A DNA stretch of 64,000 bases from Bigelowiella natans CCMP2755 (lineage: Eukaryota; Protista; Cercozoa), in the NCBI GenBank assembly GCA_000320545.1, contig ADNK01001626.1, positions 1 through 64,000 on the forward strand. Reading direction: 5' to 3'. Below are positions 1-13,987 of the stretch, one piece after another; within the stretch, counting starts at the first letter, position 1; every line of letters begins with the position of its first letter. The translations under genes and the position numbers were made by a program. The notes under the pieces are model-generated. The model did no database searches, was not told where the DNA came from, and worked only from the letters and a program-made list of their open reading frames with translations.

Positions 1-37
<37 letters not shown>

Positions 38-38
38 C

Positions 39-82
<44 letters not shown>

Positions 83-529
83 AATCATAACTATCCATCT
101 ACTTGTAGGTTCGAAAGTCTCGTGAAAAGGATGAACAAAGACGATGAAGAAGAAGGGTCATCCTCCTCCTCCTCATCCTCCTCCTCCTCCTCTGCCACAC
201 GCTATTAATAATAAGAAGAAATAATAATCACAATTGTAATAATACGTTTTGGTAATAATGATGATGATGATGATAATAATAATCATCATCATCATCATCA
301 TCATATATATAATATTCACACATGATCATTACCGTTATGATGAAAAATAATGCCCTTTATCGTCACCCTATCCTCATTATTCACATACTCACCATCCTCT
401 TTAACTGCTCCTCCTCCTCCTCCTGCTTCTTCAGGTCCTTCTTCTGGGCACTGCATGCTGTTCATAAGAACGAATTTGATGAAGCAGCTAGATGCATTGA
501 GCGGTAGGGTTATATCCATGATAAACCAG

Positions 530-572
<43 letters not shown>

Positions 573-3361
573 CCATACGTGTTTTATGAGGTGTAGAAAC
601 TTGGTTTAGCTAGCTGTCAAATTATTATTCAAAGTGCCTAATGTTACTACGACTCCTATCAATTACTATACTACCAACCAACAACTTCTGCTTGCTGCTG
701 CTGCTACTTCTACTACTGTCAATACAGTGCGAGGAGAACACTAGACGTCGAGCTGCGGGCACTATTAGGAGAAGGCTACATTCGATCGTACCGTGTTATC
801 GTCAAAGTGCAGCAGCTTGCAGAACTAGAAGAGGTCATTTATTAGATCACAGTTTGTATGTATGTATGTATGTATGTATGTATTTATATATGTATGTATG
901 CCCCACCAAATATTAACGGGAAGATGCAGCTTTCTCCTGGTATTCTTGGTTATATTCTTCTTCCTTTTATTCTCTTGAATGACCTTCAATTTCCCTCCAC
1001 CTCTCCTCTCCCTCTGCCTCTCTTTCTCCCTCTCCCTCTCCTCTCTTCTCTCCTCTTCTCTCCCCCACACGGTCACACATGCAACTAGGTAATTGTCTAC
1101 AAAAAGGCTGCAATGGCCGGAAGGAACTTTGTCATAGGTACTACTACTAGTAGTAATAGAAGTAGTAGTAGTAGTAGTGTTGATTGACTGATTATCATAC
1201 TGATTCATTGATTGATTCTCGCCAGAGAATATTCAAAAAACATGGGCTAGGAGGCTGCAAGGTGTACAGAAGAAAGTACAAGTATGGCAGCATATTCTCT
1301 CCATCCGCCAGTTGGTAAGATCACCCTCATTGACTTGATAATAGTGGACGATCGGTGTTGGTATACACTGATCATCGTTCGATAACAACTACTATGTGTG
1401 AAAAGGTTATGTCACCTCGCGACGATATAGAAGTATGGAGCAGATTTGCCAATCTTTGCCGCAAATCAAAACGTTTGGAACTCTCTGCACGTGTTTTGAA
1501 GATGTTGCTAGGATATGATCCCCTGCGACTTGCCCTTCAACCAACGGTTAAGATGCAAATGAAAAAATAGGGGGGGTTGGGGGGGGGGAGAAGTCATCAT
1601 CCTTTTTGCTTCAACGTCAGATCTATACTTGCCTCCTCATGACTATGTATGTGTCTATGGATGGTATTATATGATTGATTCTTCCTCCTCCCTCTCTTTG
1701 TAGGTTCCTTTGCCTTTAGAGCACCCACAAGTGACGATGGTGTGTTTGACACACATTTGGAGTGCCGGCTACCACTCCCAGGCTATCCAAAGGCTATCAC
1801 AACTTCTCCAATCTCCTTTCTTCTTCCATCAACAACCACATATATCTATCACGGCAGCTACGGTTGCCGCTGCAACCCCCGGTGGACATGTTTCCTCTTC
1901 TTCTTCTTCTTCTTCTTCTTCTTCTTCTTCTATGGAAAATGGAAGTATAAGGCGATTACAATCAAGGTGTGTGAGAAGACGCAGTAGCAAGTGCAGTAAT
2001 CATCATCATCATCATCATCATCATCATATCCTAATCCTCTTTGTTACACCAGATGCCACTTGAAGAGGGGTCAGTGGGAGATGGAATACTTTGAAATCAA
2101 AACAAATTCTCCAACTGCCGCTGGTAGTTGCTGCTGCTGCTGCTTTTTATCAAAGCACGATGATGATTATCATAAGAGCTCACACTTACGACAGTATTTC
2201 CTCATTTCTCACTCGCTCTAAATGCACCAGGATCGGTTGATGATGACTACGACGAAGACGACGATGAGGACGACGATATGGTCTATGTTAATTCAGGTGC
2301 TGGTACTTCTACACTTCTAAGAACATAGCTAAACGCTTTTTATTCCATCATCATCATCATCACCATTTAATGGTTCCTATTTGTTATTTCTATTAAATTG
2401 TCACCTCGAGGGTAAATAGAGACTCTTCTATACGATGTTGTTCACAATGCTTTTCTGCTCATGATCATCATCATCATCATCATCGTCATCATCATATCAA
2501 GCTTCCTCTCTTCTCATCATCTCGTTATACCATCCATCATCCTTCACAAAGGAGGAGGAGGAAACACCAAAAGGACGAGTCGTACGCGGGGAAAGTTATA
2601 TGCAACGACAGTCTCTCGCGTCATTGACTCGTAAGCAGAGCAATTACCTCACACAAACATGCAAGGATGAATCAATAATAATCATACACGTCGCGATGCA
2701 ATCTTGATGGTTGTTGTTGTTGTTATTGTTTTTGTTGTCTGTTCTGCTAGCTACCAAATGGCGACGATATGTGATCCGAAGAATCAACGTGCTTGGCATG
2801 CATGGGCGCTTATGAATTACCAGGTTATTATTATTATCATTATCATTATTCTTATCATCATAGCTACGACGATGGTGATGGTGATAGCGGTGATGATGAC
2901 GATGACTTTCCAATTACTTGACTCAGTGTCCAAATGTGTTAGAATTCATTTCTTATCCATCACAGGTGATAGCTCATTATCAGAAGAATAATCGACCAGA
3001 TCTTGCTTCTGAGAGGGTGAGTACAGGCACAACCTCCACGCAATTCACCATCTATCTGCAGCATGCATCATCATAAGATGATAATTAAACATAGCAGTGT
3101 GTAAAAGAGATAGATGTCATCACCAAATGTAGTAATGATAACAATATTAATGATAATAATAATAATAATGATAGTAGTAATAATAATAATATATCTTATA
3201 TACTGTATGCAGGTGGTGCCAGCAATCCAGGGTTTCTTCACTTCGATTCAGCTGCAACGTATTAATAGAGAAAGAGAAGGGGGGGGGGGGGTTGTATTAT
3301 TCTTATGCGTGCCAATTGCGCGGTGTTCTTCTACGTTAAAGCGGGGTACTGCTTTCATCGT

Positions 3362-3397
<36 letters not shown>

Positions 3398-3823
3398 TAG
3401 TTAGCGTTATCTCCTGCGGCCGTGAGAACCAAACACCATCCACCACCATCAAAACCATCATCATCATCATTATGATAACTGAATAGGAAAAGGAAAGAGG
3501 CTTCAAGACATCTTGCGGCTGCTACATCTCTGGTAATTAATTCCTTCCACTAAGTCTATCAAACGCTAGTAGCGATGTTGGGCGAATAAACAATGTTTAG
3601 GTTTGAGCACGGCTCACAACCAGAAGTACAAAGGACGTTGGTCAACCGATTTGAGACTATTAGCATCGATGTATGGCTGGATGTTATTCCGCAACTGATT
3701 GCACGGATCCAAACAGCAAACTCTCAGAATAGAAAGTGAGAAAGAGAGGGAGAGGGAGGGGGGGGCAGGGGGGAAGAGGAAGAAGCTTGATATATACAAT
3801 CTCGTCATCATCAGATGCATCAC

Positions 3824-3856
<33 letters not shown>

Positions 3857-3979
3857 TTGTGTGTTGTCGTCGTCTTCTTCCTCCACTTCTTCTTCTTCTT
3901 CTTCTTCTTATTATTATTATTATTCGGTTGGTTCAAGACTCGTGCATGGATTGCTTGTGCGAATCGGAAAAGCGCACCC

Positions 3980-4028
<49 letters not shown>

Positions 4029-4035
4029 TCTACAA

Positions 4036-4073
<38 letters not shown>

Positions 4074-5896
4074 ATATATTAAAAATATGTGTTGCGTTGA
4101 TGATACTCGTTGATGGTAACAAATAGGCCCTTATCTACCCGCTTGCCGTTGCGTCCAAATCAACATCCATGCGCCGACGAAGAGCTGCAGAAAGTCCCTC
4201 ACCATAGAGCATCACATGATGATAACAATAATGATGATAATGGTGATGATGATGATCATGATCCTTATGATATTCGTCAATAGGAAATTCAAACCACACC
4301 CCCACACACACCACACCACACCACAACACAAACTGCACGCCTTTAGCTTTCCAAACAAATCCATTGCTCCCTACTGTACTGATCATTTCTAAGTTTCCTC
4401 TCCTCCTCCTCCTCCTCCTCCTCCTCCTCCTCCTCCTCTCCTTACTCTCTCGTTATTGCTACTACTACTACTACTACTATACACTGTCAGATATCTTTGA
4501 TAAGATGAGGCAGCATTATCCTGTGTTGGTCGATCAGTCGCTACTAGTATCGAGAGAACTTATTCGGGTTGCAATCCTTTGGCATGAGGTAGTATGCTAC
4601 TACTCACGACTCTTTCCTTGCTCTCTTTCGCATCTTTTATTTTCTGCTCTCTTTCTCACCCTCTTCCTCCTCCCCGCCATCTTCCTCTTCCTCTCAGTTG
4701 TGGCAAGAGGCCATTGATGAGGCGTCGAGGCTGTGGTTTGGAGAAAGAAACTTCCATGCAATGTAATTCCTCTACTCTGCCAACATTTATAATGTGTTCA
4801 TTGCATTGGCCATAGCTGTGTGTAGAAATCATATTCGGTTATATCTAAGGTGAGAATCGAACAATTGTTTACTAGGTACTACACGACGCTTTTACCGTTG
4901 CATAAGCGCCTTGCCCTTGGTTTGTGATACTAGTACCAGTAGTATCAAGTACCAATGTCGTCAATATTCCTTCATCTTTTCACCTATTCCTTTCTATGAT
5001 GATTGTCATGACCATCATCATCATCATCATCATCATCATCATTAGTACATGATCATATAAGATCGATCCATTTACATCTAATCATCATCAGGGCCCTCCA
5101 CCATACGAGAACAACGTTTCGTTTCGATGTTTGGGCAGTGCTTAGACATGGCGAATGAAAGGTAATAAGAGAATGATCATCATGATCACGATGATGCGTA
5201 ATCGTTGGTAGTAGCCATTTCCTCATTCATCACCATCGTCATTATTATCACCATCGTCATCATCATCATCATCATCATCATCATCGCTATTACATCTCTC
5301 CTCGTTGTCGTAGGTGTCGGATGTATGCGGTGCATCAAAGGCAAGATGACATAGATCGTGCTTGGGACTACTACATAACGGTATTCAAAAAAATCTCCAA
5401 AGAGGTACTCATGAGTAGCTTGCTTGCTTCCTTCATTTCACATTATCGTCGTCATCATCATCATCATCATCATCGTCATCAATAGATCATCCTTTGATAA
5501 CAACTAACAATTCAGTTGCAGAAGATGAGGGAATTACAGCTACGTGAGGTGTCCCCAAAGCTTCTCTCGGCGAAAAACATGGTAGTAATAATCTTATTAT
5601 AGCCGTTGTGAGTGAGAAAAGGCCAGGGTGATGATGATAATAATGATGATGATGATGATATGGAACGATGTGATGAGTGCATTACTATTTGTGTGATAAT
5701 CGTGTAGGTGCTGGCGGTGCCTGGGACCTACGAGGTGGGGAGACAAGTTGTCAGGATATCACGTTTTGTGTCCACGCTCAAGGTTATAGACTCAAAGCAG
5801 CATCCAAGGAAGCTCAAGGTATGAGTAGGAGGAAGAGGAAGAGGAGAAGTAGCACTTGAAAGAGAAGGAAGAGGGTGAAGGAGAGTAATAAAGATA

Positions 5897-5938
<42 letters not shown>

Positions 5939-6232
5939 TGAGTAGTATCCTTGATCGTTCTTCTGCTTGCTTTGGTTGACATGATGATACGACCTGAATC
6001 GTGTGGCAAAAACCTTAGGTCAAAGGATCGGATGGGAAGTTGTATTCATTTCTGCTCAAAGGTGTGTTTGCGTTACTACTTCATCATCGTCTTTTATGTA
6101 CGTGTGTGTGTGTGTGTGTTGTTCTTCCCATTACATCGACATTCTTTATTTGCTATAATCATTATAATACTACTAACTACCACTGCGCCTACGTATCTTA
6201 GGACATGAGGACCTTCGTCAAGATGAGAGGGT

Positions 6233-6271
<39 letters not shown>

Positions 6272-6400
6272 AACCCACCTGATGCATGCACATAATGCCC
6301 AATCAGACGACATCGATTTAGCCAGCAGTAAATTTTGACTTTCGTCTTCCTTTTCCCTGCTCTCCCCCTCCTGGTTCTCTCTTGATTTACCCTTTCTGCG

Positions 6401-6448
<48 letters not shown>

Positions 6449-7034
6449 GTCTGTCTCTGTCTCTCTGTCTGTCTCTGTCTCTCTAGGTGATGCAGCTCTT
6501 TGGACTTGTGAATTCCTTCCTCGCTCAAGATCGAGAAACAGGACATCGAGATTTGAGTCAGTAGTGCTAGTAGAAGTAGCATTTCCTTTCTTATATGGCT
6601 ATCTCTGCCCTCAATCACAGTATCATATCACCTGCGGAGAGCAGCAGCAGCATTGTCTCGAAGAACAAATACAGGCAGCAATATAATGATTAGCAGTATT
6701 GATGAGATGTATTTCTTGTTGTTGTTGTTGTTGTTGAAGGTATTCGGCGGTATGCTGTGATTCCGTTGTCGGTGCAGTCTGGATTGATAGAATGGGTGCC
6801 TCACTGCGACACGGTACTACTCTACCACTACTAATACTACTACTACTACTATTAACGAAGATGGCGTTGTATCATAATAATGTCTGTAATTTGATACATA
6901 TGAATATATACACTGTGTCACCTATTGCGTACAGGTGCATCTACTGGTAAAGGAGTATAGAGACCGAGAAAAGATATTGCTTAACATCGAGCAGGTAATG
7001 ATGATAATAACGTATTCATTCCTAACAATTGTTA

Positions 7035-7074
<40 letters not shown>

Positions 7075-7231
7075 TTTTCTTTCACGTGCTGGTGCTTGCT
7101 TCCACTATTTTTTTATTACTGTAATGATTTCCATTCGTTCTTGTATGAATAAACAGCGGATTATGGTTCAAATGGCCCCCGACTACCAAACACTGTCTCT
7201 AATCCAGAAAGTTGAGGTTGCTTGTGATATA

Positions 7232-7265
<34 letters not shown>

Positions 7266-7652
7266 ATGATGATGATGATGATAACGATGAAAATCATTAT
7301 CATCATCAAATTCGAGTCATAGAGCCCAACGTCATTTACGCGATGATATTCTATAGGTATTCCAACGTGCACTTGCCGACACCACAGGTACTACTATTTA
7401 GATGCTTTTCACCAACTAGAAATTGGGGAGGGGGGGGGGGGGGGGGGGATCGATTGGCGGAAGCTTTATGATTGTTTGTTTCTCCTCTCTAGGCGAGGAT
7501 CTATCGAAGATATTTCGGCTACAAAGCAATAGCGCTGAGGCATGGCTTGCAAGGAGGTGTAGTAGTAGTAGTAGTAGTTGTTGTTGTTGTTGTTGTCAGC
7601 GTGCTTGCCATGAGAAAGGAATAGAAGAAGAAAAGAAGAAGAGAAAGTACTA

Positions 7653-7732
<80 letters not shown>

Positions 7733-7853
7733 TGTGTGTGCGAGACAGGGAGGGCGAATACTTAATTGATGCATCATGTTTTCTTCCTCCCTCCCTCCCT
7801 CTCCTCTCCCCTTTGTTTTCTAATTTTCTGCCCGCTCCTTGTCATCGTATCAG

Positions 7854-7886
<33 letters not shown>

Positions 7887-9450
7887 TATCACACATTGCT
7901 ACTACTACTATTAATAATGATAATGCTGAATGATAATTCTTGTACAAGATCGACTTACACACGCTCTTTGGCTGTTATGAGCATGGTGGGCTATATTCTC
8001 GGATTGGGAGATAGGTGAGTGCGACGATGATGATGGTGATGATGATGACGATGATGATGATAATGATGATGGTTGATGGTGGTGATTATGATGACCTTCT
8101 CTACTATTATCATCATCGTTATAATGACGAACAATGTGACAATTTGTCAATGTTGTTCATTTATCAATCCCTGCACTCTAGGCATCCTTGCAATCTGATG
8201 ATAAGCCGACGGTCTGGCAAGATTGTACACATTGATTTTGGAGATTGCTTCGAGGTTTGTTATTGTTGTTGTTGTTGTTGTTTAACGTCTGTGTAACTGT
8301 GTGAGATCCCATTGCTTTCCAACGTTATTTCTTCACCTTCCGCCTCCTCGTTGCACCTACTACCAATCATCCGCAACGAATTACTACTAAGAACTAATGT
8401 GGGTATTTCATCACTGTTTCAGGTGGCAATGCATCGTGAGAAGTTTCCGGAGAAAATCCCTTTTCGATTGACACGCATGTTGGTGAAAGCTATGGAAGTG
8501 TGCGGCATTGAAGGTCAATATTACAATTACAGTAGTGTGGGGTGGTAGATGATAGATGGTGGTAGGCTGCGTTCTGCAGCTTCAAAAGCGTGAAACTGCT
8601 CTTCCATGCTACATATGAATTGCATGCACGAGTAGGATGACTACATGTGATGATCATGATCTCGTTGTTGTTAGGTATATTCAGGTTTACATCCGAGGCA
8701 GTAATGCGGGTAGGCTCAAATCGAAAGATGTTGATAATGATGACGATGACGATGATGATGATGACGATGATGATGACTCAGGTACTGCGAGCCAACAAGG
8801 AAAGCGTTATGGCTGTATTAGAGGCGTTCGTATACGATCCCCTTATCAATTGGAGACTGCTGGACCGGAGAAAATCAAGGAGAGGGAAGGTTTGCTGCTT
8901 CTAGTATTGATGATGATGATGATGATGATGATGGTGATGATGACGATGACCGTGACGTCGTGATAATGGCTGGCAAACATCTGAATGAAATTCTTTGTTA
9001 CATCTGTTGTGTTTGTTTGTTTTTCCTTGATCACCGTAGACCGGGTCGTCAGCAGGAGAAGGCGATTCCGATGAATCTAATAGCTCAGAAACCGAGGACG
9101 ACGAAGATGAAGGGGACCATAAAGAAGAAGGGAGAGTAGGGAAAACAACAACCACGTCTCCACAGGTATGCTTCATCGTTGAACATAGACTTGCGTTGTT
9201 GTGAAGCTTAATTCCTCTCAGAGCAAACATCGTGGAGGAGGAGGAGGAGGAGGAAAAGGCAAAGGCTGGAAGGCACCGCCCAAGAAGAAAGATGATCGAA
9301 AGCAGCGACGGAATACACCAGGGTTATTAAAGCCTGAGCTGGATGATAATCTTGCGCGAGGTTGGTTATCCACTAATTCTATATTCATTGACAAATGATG
9401 TAAGAACGACGAAACAATGCTGCTACTTTTACACCCTGCCCCATCATCAT
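1..9450. repeat. Dense intronic microsatellites: (CT)n, (AT)n, (CA/GT)n, (CAT/GAT)n, (CCT)n, (TAC)n, poly-G
   Basis: Directly visible in most TOR introns; the same is seen at 11700-17250, 29200-37400, 48680-52090, 55540-57450 and 60750-61775. Confidence 0.97.
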
Positions 9451-9753
9451 CGCCCTCGTCCTCGTCCCCGTTATTTTGACGATAGAAAAAATCTTTTTTT
9501 TGCTCACGTTTGATGCTGATTAAATATAGGTTCCATTGTCAGAGCTATGATAGGGCTCAACGAACGTCGCTCATTAAATAAACAAGCACTGAGCGTTCTC
9601 AGCCGGGTCGAGAATAAACTGACCGGGAGAGATTTTGCTATGTCCGGTCACACGATACTGGATGTGAGGACGCAAGTACAGAAGTTAATCGTGCAAGCGA
9701 CCTCAAACAAGAACCTGTGTCAGTGCTACATCGGATGGTGTCCATTTTGGTGA
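109..9753 (+). CDS. TOR: Serine/threonine kinase TOR, C-terminal part (FAT-FRB-kinase-FATC); 5' end lies upstream of the window; ~35 exons
   Basis: Spliced exons give FAT motifs ([46 protein letters not shown]), FRB ([22 protein letters not shown]), kinase ([64 protein letters not shown]) and FATC ending [12 protein letters not shown]-stop at 9753. Confidence 0.98.
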
Positions 9754-10822
9754 GAAATATTATCACAGTGCAGTAATGCGGATGAGCTTGATATATGCAG
9801 TGTTCAATCGCAATTTGTTTATTTATTTGTGGTCGTAGAAACTGCACCTAACTTTGATGAAATGATGAAGATAAGTCACTTTAGAATGATCAGTCAAACC
9901 TAATGACATAGCAGTAACCACATTAATTACAGTAAAGGCTAATGGAGTCGGTGTGCTAGTATCTTAGTCTCTACTAAGTCAGCGGAGATCCACACGTATG
10001 ACTCTTTGCAGTTTGTGCAAATTTCGTACAAATTGATTTTGCACACAGCTGCTGACAAAAACTATGTCGTCGTTTACCCATGCCTCCATGCTAGCATGCA
10101 CATTGCATGCTTGTAACGCAAGTGAGCATCATTGTGAACGACAATCAAAGTGCTGCGCACAAACAATGTCAACGAAAGCAATGTCATGTTCATGCACATG
10201 AGCGATGTCACTGCTTTGCGTTGACGCTAGGACGGCGAGCAGCTGCACGTTCGCAACGCGCTTGTTCATGCGTGCGGCTCTCGCGCACTCTATCTGGCAC
10301 TAGCTGGTGTTCGTCATGCACATGCATGCAATTTTCCGCATCGTGCATGCATGGAGGCATGCACATGACTACCTGTGAGCTTGCTTGCGTCTGCCACAAA
10401 AACGAACAATGCTTCCCCGATGAGATGTCCATCTCGATCCACGATGCATGCCATGGAGGCAGTGGACATCACTGGATCAATGGACAGCGCCCCAGCTAGC
10501 CAGCACAGCCGCACGTGAGTGTAGTGGTGCGATGCGTCATCGCTCCAGCTAGATGTGTACAAGTGTGCTAGTGTGCAATTTCGGCTGCCACAGCTAGTGC
10601 ATGTACACAAGGTAAAGTGTGTTTGTGTGTTTGCATCTGTGCACACATTGTGCACTTTTTGTGATTCCTTAATGTATTAGTTCCCAAAGCTTAATTGAAG
10701 TACTTTGGCCAAATCCTTACGGCAACATGTACATGACTGATGGCAAAGCACGTATCACGGCATTTTCGATTATTATCCGTGCATGCTTTAGCTCGATCCC
10801 AATAACTACTTAACTAAAATTA

Positions 10823-12427
10823 CTATCGGCCTATCGGTAGCGTAGCTATGTACACCCAGCATGACCCGATTTGATTTGGATATGCATGGATGTAGACTGC
10901 CAAGGCAAAACGGTTGCTCCCTCCACGATCGTGCAATCGAGTCTCACGAATTTTCTTTACTATTGGATTTTCCTCCGAGTCCTCGGTGTACTTTCTGTGC
11001 GGGCAGTCTTTGAACCTAAGCGGGAAGCCAAGTATTCCCGGGTATATTTGCTTCATGCGAGAGAGGCCTTTCGTTTCTTGGATCACATGCTTTTGTCCGT
11101 GCATTTGAGCCGCAACGGCTGCCTCTTCCATGCCTCGTAGGTTCTCTCGTAGTACCCCCGCAACACCTGGTTAGTTCAATACGACGAGTTCTCAAAAAAA
11201 CATTTCAAATCGGTGATTTTGGATAATGTAGGATACATATGAAACTGTTGTTGATATTTGGTGGTAGCAGTAGTTGTATCACTAATCATCAACTGAGATC
11301 CTAGAGGTCAGTCAGTCAGCACCCACCATAATCCCATGTCGTAGGCGCGGACCTCCATTTCTCAAACCGCTGCTCGATGATGCGCTCTATCTCCGCCGCC
11401 CGGGACTCGAAATAGCGTTCATTGACGTAGGTGTAGGAGATGGGGCTCTGCACGCACGTCGTGTGGCTTTCGTAGCGTGATTGCCTCCTGAAACGGTTAA
11501 ATAGAGGCATCCAATTCGTGGTGTTTCTGAGATCGAATTCGTTCAGCCAAGGCTGCTCCTGTTGCTGTATATTGGCCCAAATGTTGGATGCGTCAAAAAT
11601 CGAGTCTATTGATGTGAGAGGGAGCATTGCATGGTCACGATAGATGTCATATCTGCAACCATTCGTTGGGTTGTACAGGAGAACCTGGGAAGAAGAAGAA
11701 AATGAAGAAGAAAAAGAAGATAAATAATTGAGTATGTTGATGTTCTCTAATCCTATGATTGAAGCTGTGTCATCATTTATCAGCTGCTTTCTCTCTGCAG
11801 TGATATTGCATATCACGTGGTAGATGAGGAAGGAAACGATGGACGACATGTTGTTGAGGCTGTACTATCACCACCGTTATTATTATCATCACCATTATCA
11901 TTGTTGTTACCCTGCGTTTGTGGCCTCCAGTGGATGCTGCCGTTGCTGCCGCTCCTACACTCGGCCCAATGCGAACTACCCAATATTCAGCCATTCTAGT
12001 CACGTTTCTCACTGAGCAAACAAACGAATGCCAGCGATTTGGATCTAAGTCATCGTTATCAAATGATGGTGCTTGCGGTCCTCCTCCATCTTCATCGTTG
12101 TCCATTCTCGTCGTTCCCCTTCTCGTCATTGCTGCCCTCGTAGAGTTTTCCCTATACTTGAAGTAGTTGCAAAGGAGAAGAGCGTGCTCCTCATCGTCCC
12201 CCCATCCCAGTGTTAGGAACTCGTCAGCTGTGCACCAATAATCAACAGCACGGTCTTTCCCAGCTTGCCAGTTGTCAGAGTAATATCTTGGAGAGGAAGA
12301 GAGGGGGGAAGGAGAGTGCAAAAAACAGTCGTCTTATAAGAGTTAATCATTACATTTGTGGTATTATTAAATTTGCCTTTTTTGTCGTATCTTGGGTGTT
12401 TAGATAGTGTATCATAAAGATTGGCTG

Positions 12428-12463
<36 letters not shown>

Positions 12464-12757
12464 TATCGTCGTCGTCGCTGTCTTCTGTCTTCGTATTCTC
12501 TTACGGAATCGAGGCGACAAATCTGATGAAGTGGTTGGGCTCCTCCAGGCCTCTAGGAGGAGGCAATGGTCGTATATACCGACAGCATAGAATCGGTTCT
12601 CCTTTAACATTGGACACCAAGCTGCATACGTGCCGACGTTTTTCTCTGCCCGCAGCCTTTCTTGCTCGTCGTATGAACAACCGACAGTAGCGGTGAAATT
12701 GAGACTCCTCCCACCATTCTTCGGGGGGATCGCTAGCTGTTTGCCCAGGATGGAATC

Positions 12758-12831
<74 letters not shown>

Positions 12832-13956
12832 GCAAACACAATCGAATACATAATGATCACGTGGTACATGCAATGCGAAGATCATCACCATCCTTTTCCG
12901 TGAAAACCTTCTTCTGGTAATCTTCATAAACACACATACACGCACACACACACATACAAATACAGTCGCTGCATACCAGGAGGCAACGGTAATGGGGGAT
13001 CTAACGTGACGTACACCCATAAACGCGTTGGAGCTCTAGGGTTTTTGACTCTGTAACCGAGAGATTGTAGTGGTACTGTCGCCGTTAGTGGTGCGTAGAC
13101 AGGACGACATAAATATACAGCTGAGAATGGAAGCTCCAATGACCCAAGCCATTCTTCTTGCCAAATTTGTGTTACCTTTTATTGATATTGCGTGCCATGT
13201 GTTAGTGATGGATATTGTGATGATGATGATGATGATGATGATGATAAAAGTTGTGGGTGGCCTTGCTCATGCATCTTGTGTGTAATATATTGTGTGAGTG
13301 TAGTGTCTCGAATCATTATAAATGGCAATAATACGACCGAATGCTCATGTGATCCTCCTCCTTTTCTCAAGGGGGTATAACTGCTATTCCTCCTCTGTGC
13401 TGCGGTAGAGACGGTCTTCACTTTGCGATCGTAGATGTTGAAATGAATAGAATCTGAAATCTTTAGCATCTCTACGGGTGAATATCCAAAGTCCTCGCTG
13501 TCTTTCTCTAGCGGCAACTCAAGCAATTCGTTCCACGATGGATTCGCACCCGATAAAGTGGATGTACGGCGGCGTTTTCCCTTGAAGCTCACCTCGATCC
13601 AGACTGAGTTGGCTTTGTGGTCGTCGTCGTCATCGTGGCCAAGGCCTTTGACAGGGATGTTTTGACCTCGGATGATCTGCACCATGATGCGGCATGTACG
13701 AGGATTTGCAACGGGGTCAAGAACGTTTCGCACGGGTCGCAGCAGCCGACGTGCCTGGAACATCCAGGACAGAAATCGAGTGGACATAATCTCCATCCCC
13801 AAACTCAGTATCCATGGCATACGCTCACGGACAACGTCACCAGCGTCTTCAATCTATGGTTGTGTGTTGGGCACGCGGAAGCAGGAACGAGGAGGGGGAG
13901 GAGACGAAGAAGAAGTCGGTTACATCATCAAGTATAAACGATATTATCATTTCCCT

Positions 13957-13987
<31 letters not shown>

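Noticed and set aside
316-9230. Many short ORFs with poly-H/S/M/CV/LS runs, here and throughout the window
   Set aside because: Translations of intronic microsatellites or antisense/alternative frames of real exons
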